Shown: positions 11,888 through 25,080 of the stretch, one piece after another
Layout of the letters: every line of letters starts with the position of its first letter
Numbering within the stretch: position 1 is the stretch's first letter
Assembly: GCA_002269645.1 (NCBI GenBank)
Contig: NIVC01001016.1
Location: 1-64,000, forward strand
Direction of reading: 5' to 3'
Source: Macrostomum lignano
Lineage: Eukaryota
Length of the DNA: 64,000 nucleotides
The notes under the pieces: generated by a model
Told to the model about the DNA's origin: nothing
Seen by the model: the letters and a program-made list of their open reading frames with translations, nothing else
Databases searched by the model: none
Translations under genes and position numbers: made by a program

Positions 11888-12289
11888 GCTACAACCCCAC
11901 TGCACAAACAGTACTAGGAATGTCTACCTGCATTTGCTCAGCACGCAATTATGACCACGGTTAGTTAAACCCACAAGCCAAAGAGCAATTCCCGACAATA
12001 GATAGTTCCGACCTAATGGGAGTAACCGACATTTTTTGCGGTACTTTTTAATAAAGTCAATTTTTTTAACTTGCCAAAGTGACAATACAATAAAAATAAA
12101 TACGTGAAGTCTTGCTTCCGGTAGCTTAAATTATTTTTTTCGATTTTGATTAATTTTATTCGAATTATCTGAGCTGAGAAATCCGCGAGTTTAACAGCAA
12201 TTATTCAAGAACGACTAATCAAACAATCAAAGAAACAGTTTAATGCAGATTCGCTGCCGCGCGGTCTTAGCCATGGCCGAACTCATTGA

Positions 12290-12820
12290 TCATTTCTTTC
12301 GTCCAGAATTAGTTGAGTAGGTGCACCGCCTGTTGTTCGGCCCGCTGATGGGCTCGCAGTAGGGAGTGCAGCACTGGTTTTCACCTGTGCACTTTCTGTA
12401 CGCCTTGAGGCACTTCGGTTTTATTGGCGCTGAAAATTACATTATTGTTAACGAGGCGATTAACATGTACGAGTATAGTACACCTTTTCACGTTCAATTT
12501 TGAACAAAGTCCAGTTCTAAAAAAACTAGCGGAAATTCAATTCAGACAATTCAGACTGGGGGCAATTTTGTCTATGGCTAAACCTCGCTTCCGTAGCAGA
12601 ATGTTTTGAACTGGGGTTTGTTGCCCCAGTCTGAATTGTCTGAATTGAATTTCCGCTAGTTTTTTTAGAACTGGACTTTGTTCAAAATTGAACGTGAAAA
12701 GGTGTACTAACTGATTGGGCAGCCCAGAATGCCAACAGAAAACTTACGAAGTTTGCAGCAGTGCGAGCCAACAATGAAGACGGCCACCAAGAGTAGAGCA
12801 AAAATCCACAACTTTGCCAT
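12290..12820 (-). CDS. Secreted inhibitor-cystine-knot (knottin) peptide precursor, 70 aa
   Basis: Exon 1 12820-12748, phase-1 intron (C|GTAAGT...TTTTCAG|CG), exon 2 12429-12290. Translation MAKLWIFALLLVAVFIVGSHCCKLPPIKPKCLKAYRKCTGENQCCTPYCEPISGPNNRRCTYSTNSGRKK*. AATAAA on the minus strand at 12160-12155. Confidence 0.85.
12476..12709. mobile_element. MITE with about 85-bp perfect inverted arms, TA-flanked, inside the knottin intron
   Basis: 12476-12560 is the exact reverse complement of 12625-12709; termini TAGTACACC...GGTGTACTA. Confidence 0.9.
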
Positions 12821-13879
12821 AGGATTCCAAATCAGTTGGGTTCTGAATTTTTCAAGTTGGCTGTGAGATTCAACAATTACAGTATAGCCGGTATAGTTGT
12901 TGATCTCTGCATGTGGGCAGCTTTTGTCTCTCCTCTTTAAGCTGATTTGCCTGTCCGCTGGTGCAATTTTCTTGGCCATAGACAGTTCACGGCCGTTCCA
13001 AGCCGAGGAGTTTGTGCCATAGAGTATCTCCGAGTTTAAGTGCATTATTCTAATTTATTTCATGGCCTGAGAGCCGCGATGGATCTATACAGGGAGCGGA
13101 GATTATTTTCTCTACCAGAGATAAACTAGAGCTAAATATCGACATGCTATAATGCACTGATGCCAAATAAAGAATTCCGTTTCGTCTATGGTAGCGGAGG
13201 TAAGCTATTGATGATCTATGCAAGTGCTAACACTAGGGAATAAAAAGGCGAATACAGTCAGAGTGAATTACATGTGCATTCTGGGTTAGAAAGTCCGAAT
13301 CTGCATTATATAATGGATTCATTATTACGAAGGACGCGAAGCTCGAAAATCAAGATTATAAAGTACGACACTGGTTTAAAAGCATTTTTCTAAGGCCAAT
13401 CCTTATGCAAATATGAAGGTTTTTTAGGTTTAAGTTTTAGCTTAATCCGAAATCCGATGACAGATTTTAGCTCCGAAGAAACCTTTCTGACACTTATTAA
13501 GAGAAAAATTACCTAGAACTTCTTCAGCTGATATGCCAGCATTACAACTTGTACAACTGTAGCAGCACATTCTGTACGTGGCTTCATCAGGTAAAATTGA
13601 AAAAACTCGTTTTCAATTCAGATGTTGATTAAAGAACTCCTTGACTTGAGCAGGAAACGGTCGTGGAATAAAAGGAAAACCTGTGTCTTGCTGCAAATGC
13701 TGGGCCATCATAAGGACTCGAGGTTATTCGGCCTTTTGAACAGCTTACGAAAAATTATAGTCTTGAAATTTTCAACTGTACTCGTATCACAGTTTTGTAG
13801 AGAGCCAATATTGTTATTGAAACTGAAGCCAAAGTCCTACTAAATTCTCGGAATCCTAATTTTTAGCAATAGACTTTTG

Positions 13880-14297
13880 ACCTCACCCCCGCCTCTGGCC
13901 TGCCCCACCCCGCCTCCGGCCTGCCCCATTGCGCCTCCGGCCTGCCCCACCCCGCCTCCGGCCTGCCCCACCCCGCAGCTCCGGCCTGCCCCACCCCACC
14001 TCCGGCCTGCCCCACCCCACCTCCGGCCTGCCCCACCCCGCCTCCGGCCTGCCCCATTGCGCCTCCGGCCTGCCCCAATCCGCCTCCGGCCTGCCCCAAT
14101 CCGCCTCCGGCAGCTGCCCCACGCCGCCTCTGGCCTGCCCCACCCCGCCTCCGGCCTGCCCCACGCCGCCTCTGGCCTGCCCCGCCCCGCCTCCGGCCTG
14201 CCCCACCCCACCTCCGGCCTGCCCCGCCCCGCCTCCGGCCTGCCCCACCCCGCCTCCGGCCTGCCCCACCCCACCTCCGTTCTGCCCCACCCCGCCT
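13880..14297. repeat. 21-nt GC-rich minisatellite, about 20 copies
   Basis: Unit CGCCTCCGGCCTGCCCCACCC; the minus strand is G-run rich. Confidence 0.95.
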
Positions 14298-14984
14298 TTT
14301 ATCTGAAATAAAAGCAAATCAAATAAAGATTTTCAAGACAAACATTATTACTAATTGCCTAATTAAGATCTAAAAGCAATTTCTTGTAAGTCTCAAATTG
14401 ATTCATGATTTAAACAGTGAGTTGTTATTTCTCAGTTAGTCTGCTCTCGCTATGCTTCGATTGCTGCAACTAATATGGAAGAAGTGTGAAAATTCTGATT
14501 AAAAAATTATTCAACGAAAAATATTTTCTGACCCAGTTTTCTGCCCAGATCTCACAGATTTTTCTTGCTGGTTTCTGCATGGTGTCTTCCTCTGCAACAT
14601 GCAGGCTATATAATGCAATAAGCCATTTTAGTAAAACCTGTTTGCAGAGCATTCACAATCACCGTCTTTTTGCGTGTCGCATGCGCGCAGTGTGCATTCT
14701 TGAAACATACATGTGTACATGTATGGAGCAAATATAGAAATCTGCAAATCTGCGAAGGTAACAGGCACACGCGCTGCGCACTCGCTGGACCATATATGCA
14801 CTGCGGGCGGTGTAGAAAATTGCAGTGACTCAACATATACATCATATTAGTGTTGCGACTACTTACGTGAACATATATACAGTATGTAAATTGCATACCG
14901 ATTTTCTGCGAATGACAATGACAATTGGTGCTAAAACAAAAGACTTTAAACTTTTTTGTCAGAGAAACCATACTCTTACGAGAT

Positions 14985-16500
14985 CTGCTTTCCCACTCAT
15001 CCTGCTCTTTGCGGACGATCAAGCCATTCTAGCTAAAAACAAAGACGAACTTCAAGACACATTTACGACTATGGAAAATTACTGCAAGCAAAATTACTTG
15101 AAAGTAAATGCAAGCAAAACAAAGTTTATGCAGGGCAGTACCAGACAAAAAAACGACACAGAAAGCTTTGCTACAAAAATATTCTACGACAACCAAGAAA
15201 TAGAGGAAGTAAATGAATTTAAATACCTGAGAATTATTTTTGAACCAAAAAACAGCTTTAAAAATGTATTGAACATCAAACTAAGCAGGGATATACAGCT
15301 ATGTTTTTCCTACTCCACAAGGTAAAAAATACGTCCCTGGACATCACACTCATTCGCAGACTATTCGACGCGCTTGTTACCCCCGTTATCACGTACGGCT
15401 GTGAGCTCTGGGGCCCTCATGGCTACCATGTCTGACACAAAAGCTATTGATAATATTCAGCTGAAATTCAACAAATATCTCCTCAATCTACCAAAATTTG
15501 CTAGCAACAGTGTGATATTGTAGAATTGCGAAAATAATTGAGGCGTGAAACGCGGTGGTTCGTTTGTTTTGGTTTTTGCTTTGATTGTTTTCCGTGTGGA
15601 AAAGAAGAGGGAATTGAATAATTGCGTGTTAGGGTGCTGTCTATTTATATTCGTGTTAAAAGAACATTCCGGAATCCGGAAAGTTCGAGAAGCAGTTTCT
15701 AGAAAGGGGGTGCGCGGGAATTAAAAATGCCAAATATGGAAAGTGCGTGTTTACGCGGAAGTTTCTAGAATACAGTAGTTATAATACGCTAGCTGCAATA
15801 CTTTTATAATATTAGTGAATACGCTACAATATCATCAGAACTTGAGCTTACTCCAATCTCCCAACGAATCGCTAAAACCTACCTTACCTACTGGCTGAAG
15901 ATTAGACACCAAAAACTTTGCCAAACGACACTAGAAATTTTCTACTCAAACACCAGCCAAAAAAATCCATGGAAAACGAATGAACTAAAGAAACTGGAAA
16001 GTATAGACTTAAAAGCACTAACTGAAGATAAACTTTCCCAAAGCTTTAATAACGAGAAATACCTAGTGAAAATTAAAGCACCTCAAGATACACAGAGAAA
16101 GAGAACTTAGCCAAAAGCTAGAGAATCAGCAACATATTAAACTCTACAAAAACGCCTATCTCTACAAAAAAATCTGCAGGCCCGACCTTTCAGACTACTT
16201 TCCATGCACTTTTAGAAACAAAAAATTCCTAACAACTCTCCTAAAACTGAAATGCGAGATTACACCCAACATTTTCTCTCATGAAGCATGTAGACTGTGT
16301 GGAGCGAGAAATGGTTCCGATATCCTACACTACTTGACCGAATGTCCACAAACTGAAAAGATCAGAAAAAAATACTTCTGTCAGTACCTCTTAAATGACA
16401 AGCAAGTACACAAGATAGGATATGCTACAAATGAAAAAAGTGTCAGAAAAGAGCTCACTGGTGTAGCTAAAATACATGAAGTCATGAATAGCTAAAACAG
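14985..16500 (+). mobile_element. Degenerate non-LTR retrotransposon RT 3' half (clade undetermined)
   Basis: LLFADD, LKVNASKTKFM, EIEEVNEFKYLRIIF, LFDALVTPVITYGCELWG and a C-terminal CG...HYLTECP knuckle; frameshifted and split by a solo LTR. Confidence 0.8.
15519..15828. mobile_element. Solo LTR, 310 bp, probably Ty3/Gypsy
   Basis: Starts TGTAG, ends CTACA, 4-bp TSD ATAT (15515-15518 and 15829-15832); removing it restores the LINE frame NSVISSELELTP. Confidence 0.7.
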
Positions 16501-19500
16501 TTATGCAAACTGAAACAGATATATCAGCATTGTAATAAATCCGCTTTTCAGTTGTTTTTTCATTTACTGTCTTTTTAATTTCCTATTTAATTAGTATTTA
16601 AATAGTATTTAATTAGTTTCCTATCTAATACCTATTTTAATCGTCGTTATTCGTTAAACGTAAAGTTCTTTCGAAGTATGTTTATGTTCGTTTTTCACGC
16701 TTTGAAATATCACGCGCTTGCAAAAATACTACATCTTTTTACAAAAAAAAACGCTCTTTTAAATACCTTAATAATTTTACAAATATCGTAACTCGCATCG
16801 TAACTCGTGTAAAAATTTAACCTTTTGAACAAATTTAACCTTTTAAACTTAATCGTAATTAAACAACTAATGCTAAAATATCTTAAATACACAGAAATAT
16901 ACTGGCCAAACAGGCTTCTTGCCTGAGCCAACTACTACTACTACTACTACATAGGCAAACAGCAAAAAGAGTACTGATTATAATTATGTATTATAATAAG
17001 GCACACAATTTTTGCCTGTTACTGGGTTTTTATAAGCTTATGTAAATAAACGAATTTTGCACGAAACACAATTTTCTACGGCTCAATGGCAAAATCTAGT
17101 GGGAAAAGCTAAGTTAATGTGGCATTAGACAGAAATTGAAACTAAATTGTAAAAGTACCAACTAAGATATGTAAATATTTTAGAAAAAAACCAGTCTGAA
17201 TTTTGTAGCACCAAATTAATTTATTTTTGGACACATTGTCTCCAAATAATAATATTAGTAAAATTTTGTTATAACTGTCAAATTTACCACTAAATCAATT
17301 GTAGAAAAGAACCAATTTTACCTCCCCGCGCATGGGTCGTTCTCAAAGTTTAGTCGTAAGCAGTGAAACAAATATTTTTAAAATTCAGCCTGAAATATTG
17401 AGTCATTTCTCATTTTAGCTGTAAAAAGAGTTTAAAAATAAACGCCTTTTATGGGTCTTAATCTTTTTTCACATTGAACTTTTGATGTCAATCTCAACAG
17501 AGTGCACTATTTCATTTTTCGATATAATTTTTATTATCGCACGAGCTATAATACCCACTTTAGAGAAGCTGCATTCTGTTCACGTGGTCTTATTAAAGAA
17601 GAAAACTAATAAATGTTATTTATATCTTTGGTTAGTACAACCTAAAACCCATTTAACTCTTTTGATTGCAAAGCAGATGTTGCTATTTCGATTTTTGCTA
17701 GAAACGTAACATTATGAATGATAAAAAATCCACTTTTAATTTTATTTGTTCTGTTGATAGAATCGGCTACTAGCTGCGTGTTAATCTGTTTTTTTAAGAA
17801 AGATAGTCATATCTAACACTAAAGTGTCAGTTAAGGCAGTTTCATTCTATAATAAAACAGAAAAGTTAATTTAATTCAATTTTAAGTTTTTTTTCAATAG
17901 CACAAAATTAACCTAACAAAGAGCGATTTAGCTGACTACAACAAAGCAAGTAGCACCAAAATTATTTTAATTCAAAGCCTTCATCTGTGGGATGAGAAAA
18001 AGTACCTCTTTTTTGTCTCTAGTTAAGAAAAAAAATTTCTCAGCACATTGTTAGGTTTTTTGGATGTTTTTTCATGTATTTAGATGAATTTTTGCAATTG
18101 ATCACCCACTATGTTAGTCAGAACAAACAGAATTTGATTTATTTAGCTAAAATCGACTATTTTTCTCTTGGAAACAGTCGTTAATTTTTGTTGTTTTCAC
18201 TCAGAAAAGACATTTTAACTGATTTAAAATTTGTAGTGTAAGTTACAAGTAAACATAATTAGTCAAAACAAGAGGTACATAGTAGAAACTGAAAATAAAG
18301 TAAGATTTACGAATAATAAAAACAATTGCATGATTTGATTAGTCAAAAAATAGTATTAAAACAATTTTGTATCTGATTTATTATCAATGAAATTAGCTGT
18401 CTGAAGCACAAGAAATTAATTTCTTTTAAACATTAAATTTATTCTCATATGTGCTGCACTTCATTAAAGATAGACATGTAGCAACTTAAACATTCAGTTG
18501 ATACTTTCCACCTTTTGATGCATAGTTACTAACAAGAAAAAAATAAAATAAAAAACTTGCCATTGTGCTGGCAATGTAATATTAAATATGGTACAGAAAG
18601 ATGGAATCTATACAGAGTGCTACCACACGAATTTTTGAAGTATTTAACAGATAAGTCATGGCAGCACCATAATAACAGACATAATATATTTATATTCTTC
18701 TTCGATTGACTTACGCTTTAGATATGTTTTAGATGATGATTTTCCATTGGGACTGACTCTATATTTACCGAGGCCGGACACAGTTAAGTGCGGCTGACAG
18801 CACTGGAGCGGCGATTAACAGGGAATGTGATGAGCTGTGGCCTGTGGAGGCAGCCAGCTGATGCGAGCATCAGTAGAAGGGAAAGACATCTAATAATGTC
18901 TTGCTATTGGTTTGTTACATATGACGTCTACTTTTTACAGCAAACGACATCTACTTTTATTCTAATGTGATCGATTAATTAATTCTACTGACCCAATTGG
19001 CTAAAGCACTGCAAACCGCACACCTCTCGCATCATTGTACAGTGGTACTTTGGATGTGGTCAGTTCTGCAGGCATCGGTGGTTATCAAATGAGACGAATT
19101 GCACCGAGCATGACAGTGCAGGACCAGAATCGATTAAGGAGGTTCACAGTGATCCATGCGGCTGCCGAGTCAGACGTCTGTATAATAGGCCAATTAACTT
19201 ACCAAGCCCAAACTACTTAATTTAAATTAATAAAGCTGTTCTATTATGTGCAGCCTAGCTAATTGCATAAGAAAATTGTAAAATAGTAAAATAGCATTAA
19301 AAGCTATGTTGCAGAATATAAATGCTTGCTGAATTCTTTTTTCAAAAGAAAACGCAAGTCTGTTCGAAAAAAGATACATGTATTTCAGGTTTTAAAAGAA
19401 ATGGCGTCCTAGCTCATTTACTATATATATTATAATTCAAAATACTTTTAATGCATTAAAAGACATATTTTGTAAACCTAATTTCTAGCGAAACAATCTT

Positions 19501-20549
19501 TGTAGATTTTGAGCTTCATATTTAGGTGCTAAGTACAATAATTCAAGTCTTTGAGTTGTACAATAACAATTATTTCGGGTGTTTCTTGTTACGCGATAAT
19601 TTTAAATACAAGCAATTTAGACGAAAAAAACAAAATATTGATTTAAAAATAACATTTTCTATTGAAATAATCCTTATTAAATAGTAAAAATAGAATAAAA
19701 GATGCATCTTAACCATAAAAATTAAAGAAAACTTGCACTATTTCACGATTTTTGGTTGTTTTATTCTCCGTTGCGAAAAATAACAAATTGCTAGATTTCG
19801 TCTGAAATGTTTAGTTTCTTGTGGTTTTAATGGCAGTTTTTTAATTAAATTGACGAAATAATCGTTTTTCACAAAACAATTACTTTATTCGAAAACTTTT
19901 TTTTCTGTACCAAAACATCATGACCTTAATTTGAGAACTACCCGCATGTAGCTCTCACCTTAGCTCCTGGCTCAAACAAACGAATGGCCTTCTGCAAGGT
20001 AACTTAGAAGCACGATGAGGGCTAAGCGCTGCACGTAGCTACTTATGATACACGATTTTATTTGAATAAAAGAAACAATGTTGGGTATCAAGTCAAAATG
20101 CATAGAAACTTATGCCCCTTGCATGGCAATGGCATGGAATGAAAAGAAAGCTTATCGTTTTATTTTTCCTATTTTCCCTAAGCCTTTTTGTTTAGTTCTT
20201 TTCAGTATTATTCAGTGAGCACATTTTCAGACAGTATACCCACATCACATGATTTAGGCTAGTAATTAAATTTGGGATTAAGCTAGACCTTTGTAGTAGG
20301 CCAGACTGCAGACTTCAATTTTTTGTAGGCCTAAAAAACCGACTCACTTTCTCATTAAACTATATCAAATTAATGAAATTATTAAAATCATGTTCTATTT
20401 CACTTTATATATATTTCAGTATAAGTATATTTCACTGTTTGGCATTCTCAAATCATTTGATTTGACATTTGTTAAACTATTTTTTCAATGTTTTTCACAC
20501 TTTCTTCATCTGAAAAGCTGATGTTAGCATATTTGAACATCCCCTAACC

Positions 20550-21516
20550 CCATAGTCAGGAAGGTGGCCTTTGCCATGGAAAATTCCAGCATACACCAGG
20601 GGTCCTTATTGCATAATCATGGCACACACTGAGGTCCTTGGCACATGAGGCGCACAATCACCACATTCTATATCATGTAGATGTAGTATATGCCTGAAAA
20701 TTTGTGCATGCATTGGCCTTGCATGCTAAAATTAGACGTGCACAATTGGCGTGCATCACTCTTAAGAAAAAAATATGCGTGCACACTTGGTGTGCACTTT
20801 ATAGAATCGCGGGTAAGAGTTATTGTAAAGTAGAAGAAAGATGAAAACAGTTCGTTTTTAGGCACAAATTTCAAGCTTTCCAGTTTTTTCCAGCTTGTAA
20901 AAAAGTATTTAAACAAATCTTTGCATGTATAAACTTTCCACTATGAATAGTATCGCCAAAAAAGCTTTAAAAGCAACAAAATTATCTAATAATAAGGGTA
21001 TATTACTCAATTTAAAAAAGGTCTTTTATTGTCACAATGTAAAAAAAGTCATTTATTGTTGCAACACTGGCGTATTTTTGAGAATGGGCATTCACTAATT
21101 TTTTTTCGGCGTGCATTTGTAATTATTCAATTTTTGTTTGGGCGTGCACCCAGCATAATCCAGACAATGACACAATTATGGCGCACACTGAGGTCTTTCA
21201 CGCATGCAGCGTATAATTGCAATGCATAAGGGCCCTGAAATGTGGTGCTGTGAACTTTAGTACATAAAGAATCAGAATAGAACCTTACCTTAGCTACCAA
21301 CATAAAACTGGTATAGCATATTGAATCTTCATGAATTCTAAGAATTTTGTAAAATTCTTGTAAAATATATAATCTACATAAAATATGTAAATTACATAAA
21401 TTAGATAAATTACATAAAATATGTAAAATAAGAGCACAGACATAGCGCATAGATGGTGCACAGATTGTCCCAAAAAATTTATTCTGGCGCACACTGTGCC
21501 ACCTTCCTGACTATGG
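20550..21516. mobile_element. Non-autonomous DNA transposon, 967 bp, 8-bp TSD (hAT-like)
   Basis: Perfect 19-bp TIR CCATAGTCAGGAAGGTGGC...GCCACCTTCCTGACTATGG; TSD CCCTAACC (20542-20549 and 21517-21524); no transposase ORF. Confidence 0.9.
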
Positions 21517-22469
21517 CCCTAACCTTAGCTAATAAAGTAGCAAAATTAGCAACTTTGTTTTTCTGCACTTTTTTAGACTTCTTTAATTTTTTTTAAGTTG
21601 CAGTTTTAATAGGATAAGATCATAATTTTATTTCTAAAAGGGTTCTTTGGCAATTTCCTAGTTTTGCACATTGAATTATTTTCTATTTAAAATTGCGTGT
21701 TTATATAGCGCAAAAACAAATGGGCAATAAAACAAGTTAAAAACTAGTAGGTAAATGTCAATAAAAGTTTATAATATCAATAGTTTGTTTCTTAAATGGG
21801 TACTTAGGGGTATTAAATGCTATAGTAGTGTTGCACCCAATATAGAAAGTTGCCAAATGTGTGGTCATAGAACAGTCAGTGCCATAGAAACTCCTCAATG
21901 GCATGTCAAAAAGAGACATGGATGTGCCATGCATTGCACACAAATAGGCCTTGATATATGCCCATGTCTCTTCAAGTGGCTGATTTAAAAACGACCCCTT
22001 ACAAATAGAGGCCTGGATCCTGCACTCAGGGCAAGCCCAGGCAACACTGTCAACGAAACAGTTTATGGAATTTTCATCAACTTTTTTTTGTCAACTTGGT
22101 TGACAAATGTTCCAACCCTCATTTTTGCAATTAACAAATATTCTAAATCTTCCACTGCCTGTTGACAAAAGTTCCATAGCTAGATTGAAGGCATCAGAGA
22201 ACTGCCTTCGTGCACAAGTTATTGCATACGCAGTACATTGTATTGCATATTCAACATGTATTGATTGCCATTTTGCAATATTGTGCATTACAATCTAAGC
22301 TTGAACTAGCTAGCAGATGTACATCAGTTCATGACTTGCGAGTTGGCACATAAATAGTATGCACTGTGTAGTGTCCAATATAATTTAGAGAAAATGTGCC
22401 AGGTGCCAATGATTTGTAGAGTATATATCTACTTGTACACACTCTTTTGTTTTGTTGTCACTCGCATGG

Positions 22470-22625
22470 AATGAACAACAATATCAACAACTGCATTGTG
22501 TGCCAAGAGGCTATGCGCCTATGGCATGATGGTTTGCAGTGCAATCAATGCAAGTGGCAGCATCGTATGTGCCAAAGTTGTGTTAGTCACCAACAGTATC
22601 ACCATCTGCTGCAGCTAAAAAGAAT
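22470..22625 (+). pseudogene. Decayed PHD-like zinc finger, probably transposon-derived
   Basis: CIVCQEAMRLWHDGLQCNQCKWQHRMC has C-x2-C...C-x2-C..WQH..C spacing; no gene context. Confidence 0.35.
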
Positions 22626-24379
22626 TTGTCATATTGACTTGTAGATATAACATTGATACTTAGTTGTGATTAATGCTTACAATTACCAATAAGCCAATTT
22701 TATCATTGACATAGCAAATACCATAATTAACACTTTCCTTTCTTTAGGATCTTTAGTACAACAATAGAACATGCTTGGGCACAACCTTGAGATTTACCCA
22801 GCTGTTTCTATTGGCAACACACACATGTAAGTAACTATTGGACAGAATAGTAGTCACATGACTGCTCTTAGCCAATAGCAACTTACATATGTGTATTGCT
22901 AATAGAAATAGCCAGGTGATTCCTAAAGTTTTAGGCATGTATGCAATAGAATGTCTGATTTCTATTCAAAAGGGGTTTTGATTGCAGTAGCAATATTATC
23001 AATATGGGTTTGTAAATGCCATGGCAAAAAAAGTGAATGATTCTTTTTAAGCAAAACTTTTTGAAAATTTGCTTTCTATCAAATCTTATGCCCTTGATGA
23101 AGCCTTTAAAAACTCTCATTCTTGATTCAAAAGAAAATAGTATGGCAATATTTCTGACTATTGATCTATAAAGTAGTAATCAAGAATATGAAGCAGCGAG
23201 TGCACATTAATAGTCTAAAATAATTTTAGGCAGTGTATAATTAAAGACATGCAAGAAAACATTCTAAGAATGCTCTCAAAGAATCTTATGAAAATTGCTC
23301 TGGTAGCGGAAAGCACTCTGATGGCAAGCACTTGATGCTCTTCTGGAAATGTTAAGAGTATATCTCTATGTTGAAATGTGTTATTTTGTGTGTGTGTATG
23401 TAGGCAGTGCAACTAATGTACGATTTGGCTCTAGGATCACTAATCAAAAGCCTCTCTGATAGTCTCCAATCCGTGATTGGCCTTCCTACTCTACCAGTAG
23501 AGTAGTAAGCTTTCTGTCTTGGCTTTCTTAGACACTTCTATCTAAGCCGTGCAAAAGTGGTGTAGGAGACAACATTGCAAAAACAGGGTTGGGGAGAACA
23601 GGCACATGGACAGGTGAAAAAGAAATAACAGGTCAAATATATTCATACCAGGCCTATTCAGATGGAATTTACGATATAGCAATAGCTCATGTCAAAGTAT
23701 ATTGCCAAGTTTGCAAATGTCGGGACTCGGAACTAGTCTACCCTCTGGCTGCATGTCCAGGATTGCCAATGGCCAGAAGTGCCACCAGAAAGCTGTCTTT
23801 GTATCATAGTCATTGTCATCATCATCATCATCTTCAAAGATAGATGTCAGGGTTGTAGGTCCTATACTATCTGTGAAATTAGTTGGCTTTTGGCACTTCT
23901 TGTCCTTGTCAACTTCCAGATCAAAGGTCAGTGTTCTAGTGATAAACCACTAGTTTATCTTGTCTAGCTTGCAGGTTTAGTAGTCTGCATTTTATATTAT
24001 TGTAGATCATACATGTGCAACCTCCAAAATTCGGTCGGCCATGTGACTTAGATTTAACAAAAATGCAAGGTAGTTTTTGGCCAAAAATGCGACTTACATG
24101 TAAAAAACCATAACCACAAAAATAAAGCAATTTTGGATAAACGGCAGGAGTAACTATGACTGTCTTATTAAGTCAAAATGCCTTGTCAGCTACATAGTAC
24201 TACTACTTGGGTATTTTTTTGGGTGAGCATTTTTGCAACCTCCTTGGTTGGCCGCCAAATTGGTCGGCCGGATCGGCCGACTCGGCCAACTGTTGCGCAT
24301 GTATGTTGTAGATGACTATGGGCTTAATGGCCTTGCAGTTGCACAATGCTTTGTAAGGTTGATAAAACTTGCCACCTCA

Positions 24380-25080
24380 TTCAGTTTGAGCACTAGGTTG
24401 TTAAGGAAGACCAAGTCACCATTTTTGAGCTTCTTGGTAGTGGGAAAATTCAAGTAGTGCTCATCACACAGTACTGAGTTGTCACTGTATGCTAATGCCA
24501 AATAGGTCATAGAACTTCTTGAAAGCTAAGCCAGTAAAGTTGGTTCCTTGATGAGTATCTAGTGTATCTATGTGTATCTAGTAGGATATACCAAAGTCAG
24601 GGATGAAGCAATCCTGTAGGATCTTGATAACTGTCTTGGCTTTCTAGTTCTTCATTGGATAGGCTAATGGGTGCTTTAATGTCATGTCACATAGTGTCAA
24701 GATGTAGCTGTTCCCACTCTTGCTCTTCTGAGCAATAGGGCCTTCTATCACAATATTCTCTTCCCAGAACTTTACACAGTGGAAAGCTCTATACAGTAAC
24801 CTTGTCTTGCTTTTGCAATTTACTCTCTAATCAGGCATGGCACTTACTATTAAAGTTCTCAATGGCACAGGCTAATCTGGGCCTCTAGACCATTCATGTA
24901 GCCATATTTGTGTCTCATTGGCCTAGGTGTCCACATAGTGGCAAAATGTAGAGCTCCTAGAGCACCTTGGCATCTAGAGACTTGGTCAGGATGACCTTTG
25001 GCAGCTGCTAGCACATGAGAACAGGAAGAGGACAAAGGGGATAGGCAAGATAGGATAGGCAACTGTTCAGCCACAGACAG
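24380..25080 (-). mobile_element. Degenerate Ty3/Gypsy integrase
   Basis: Minus-strand frame with stops: P.K..KAKTVIKILQDCFIPDFG...IHID.QGTNFTGLAFKKFYDLFGI, preceded by a possible H...KGH zinc-finger remnant. Confidence 0.6.

Noticed and set aside
13840-14317. Gly/Pro-rich ORFs in all frames
   Set aside because: Artefact of a 21-nt GC-rich minisatellite.
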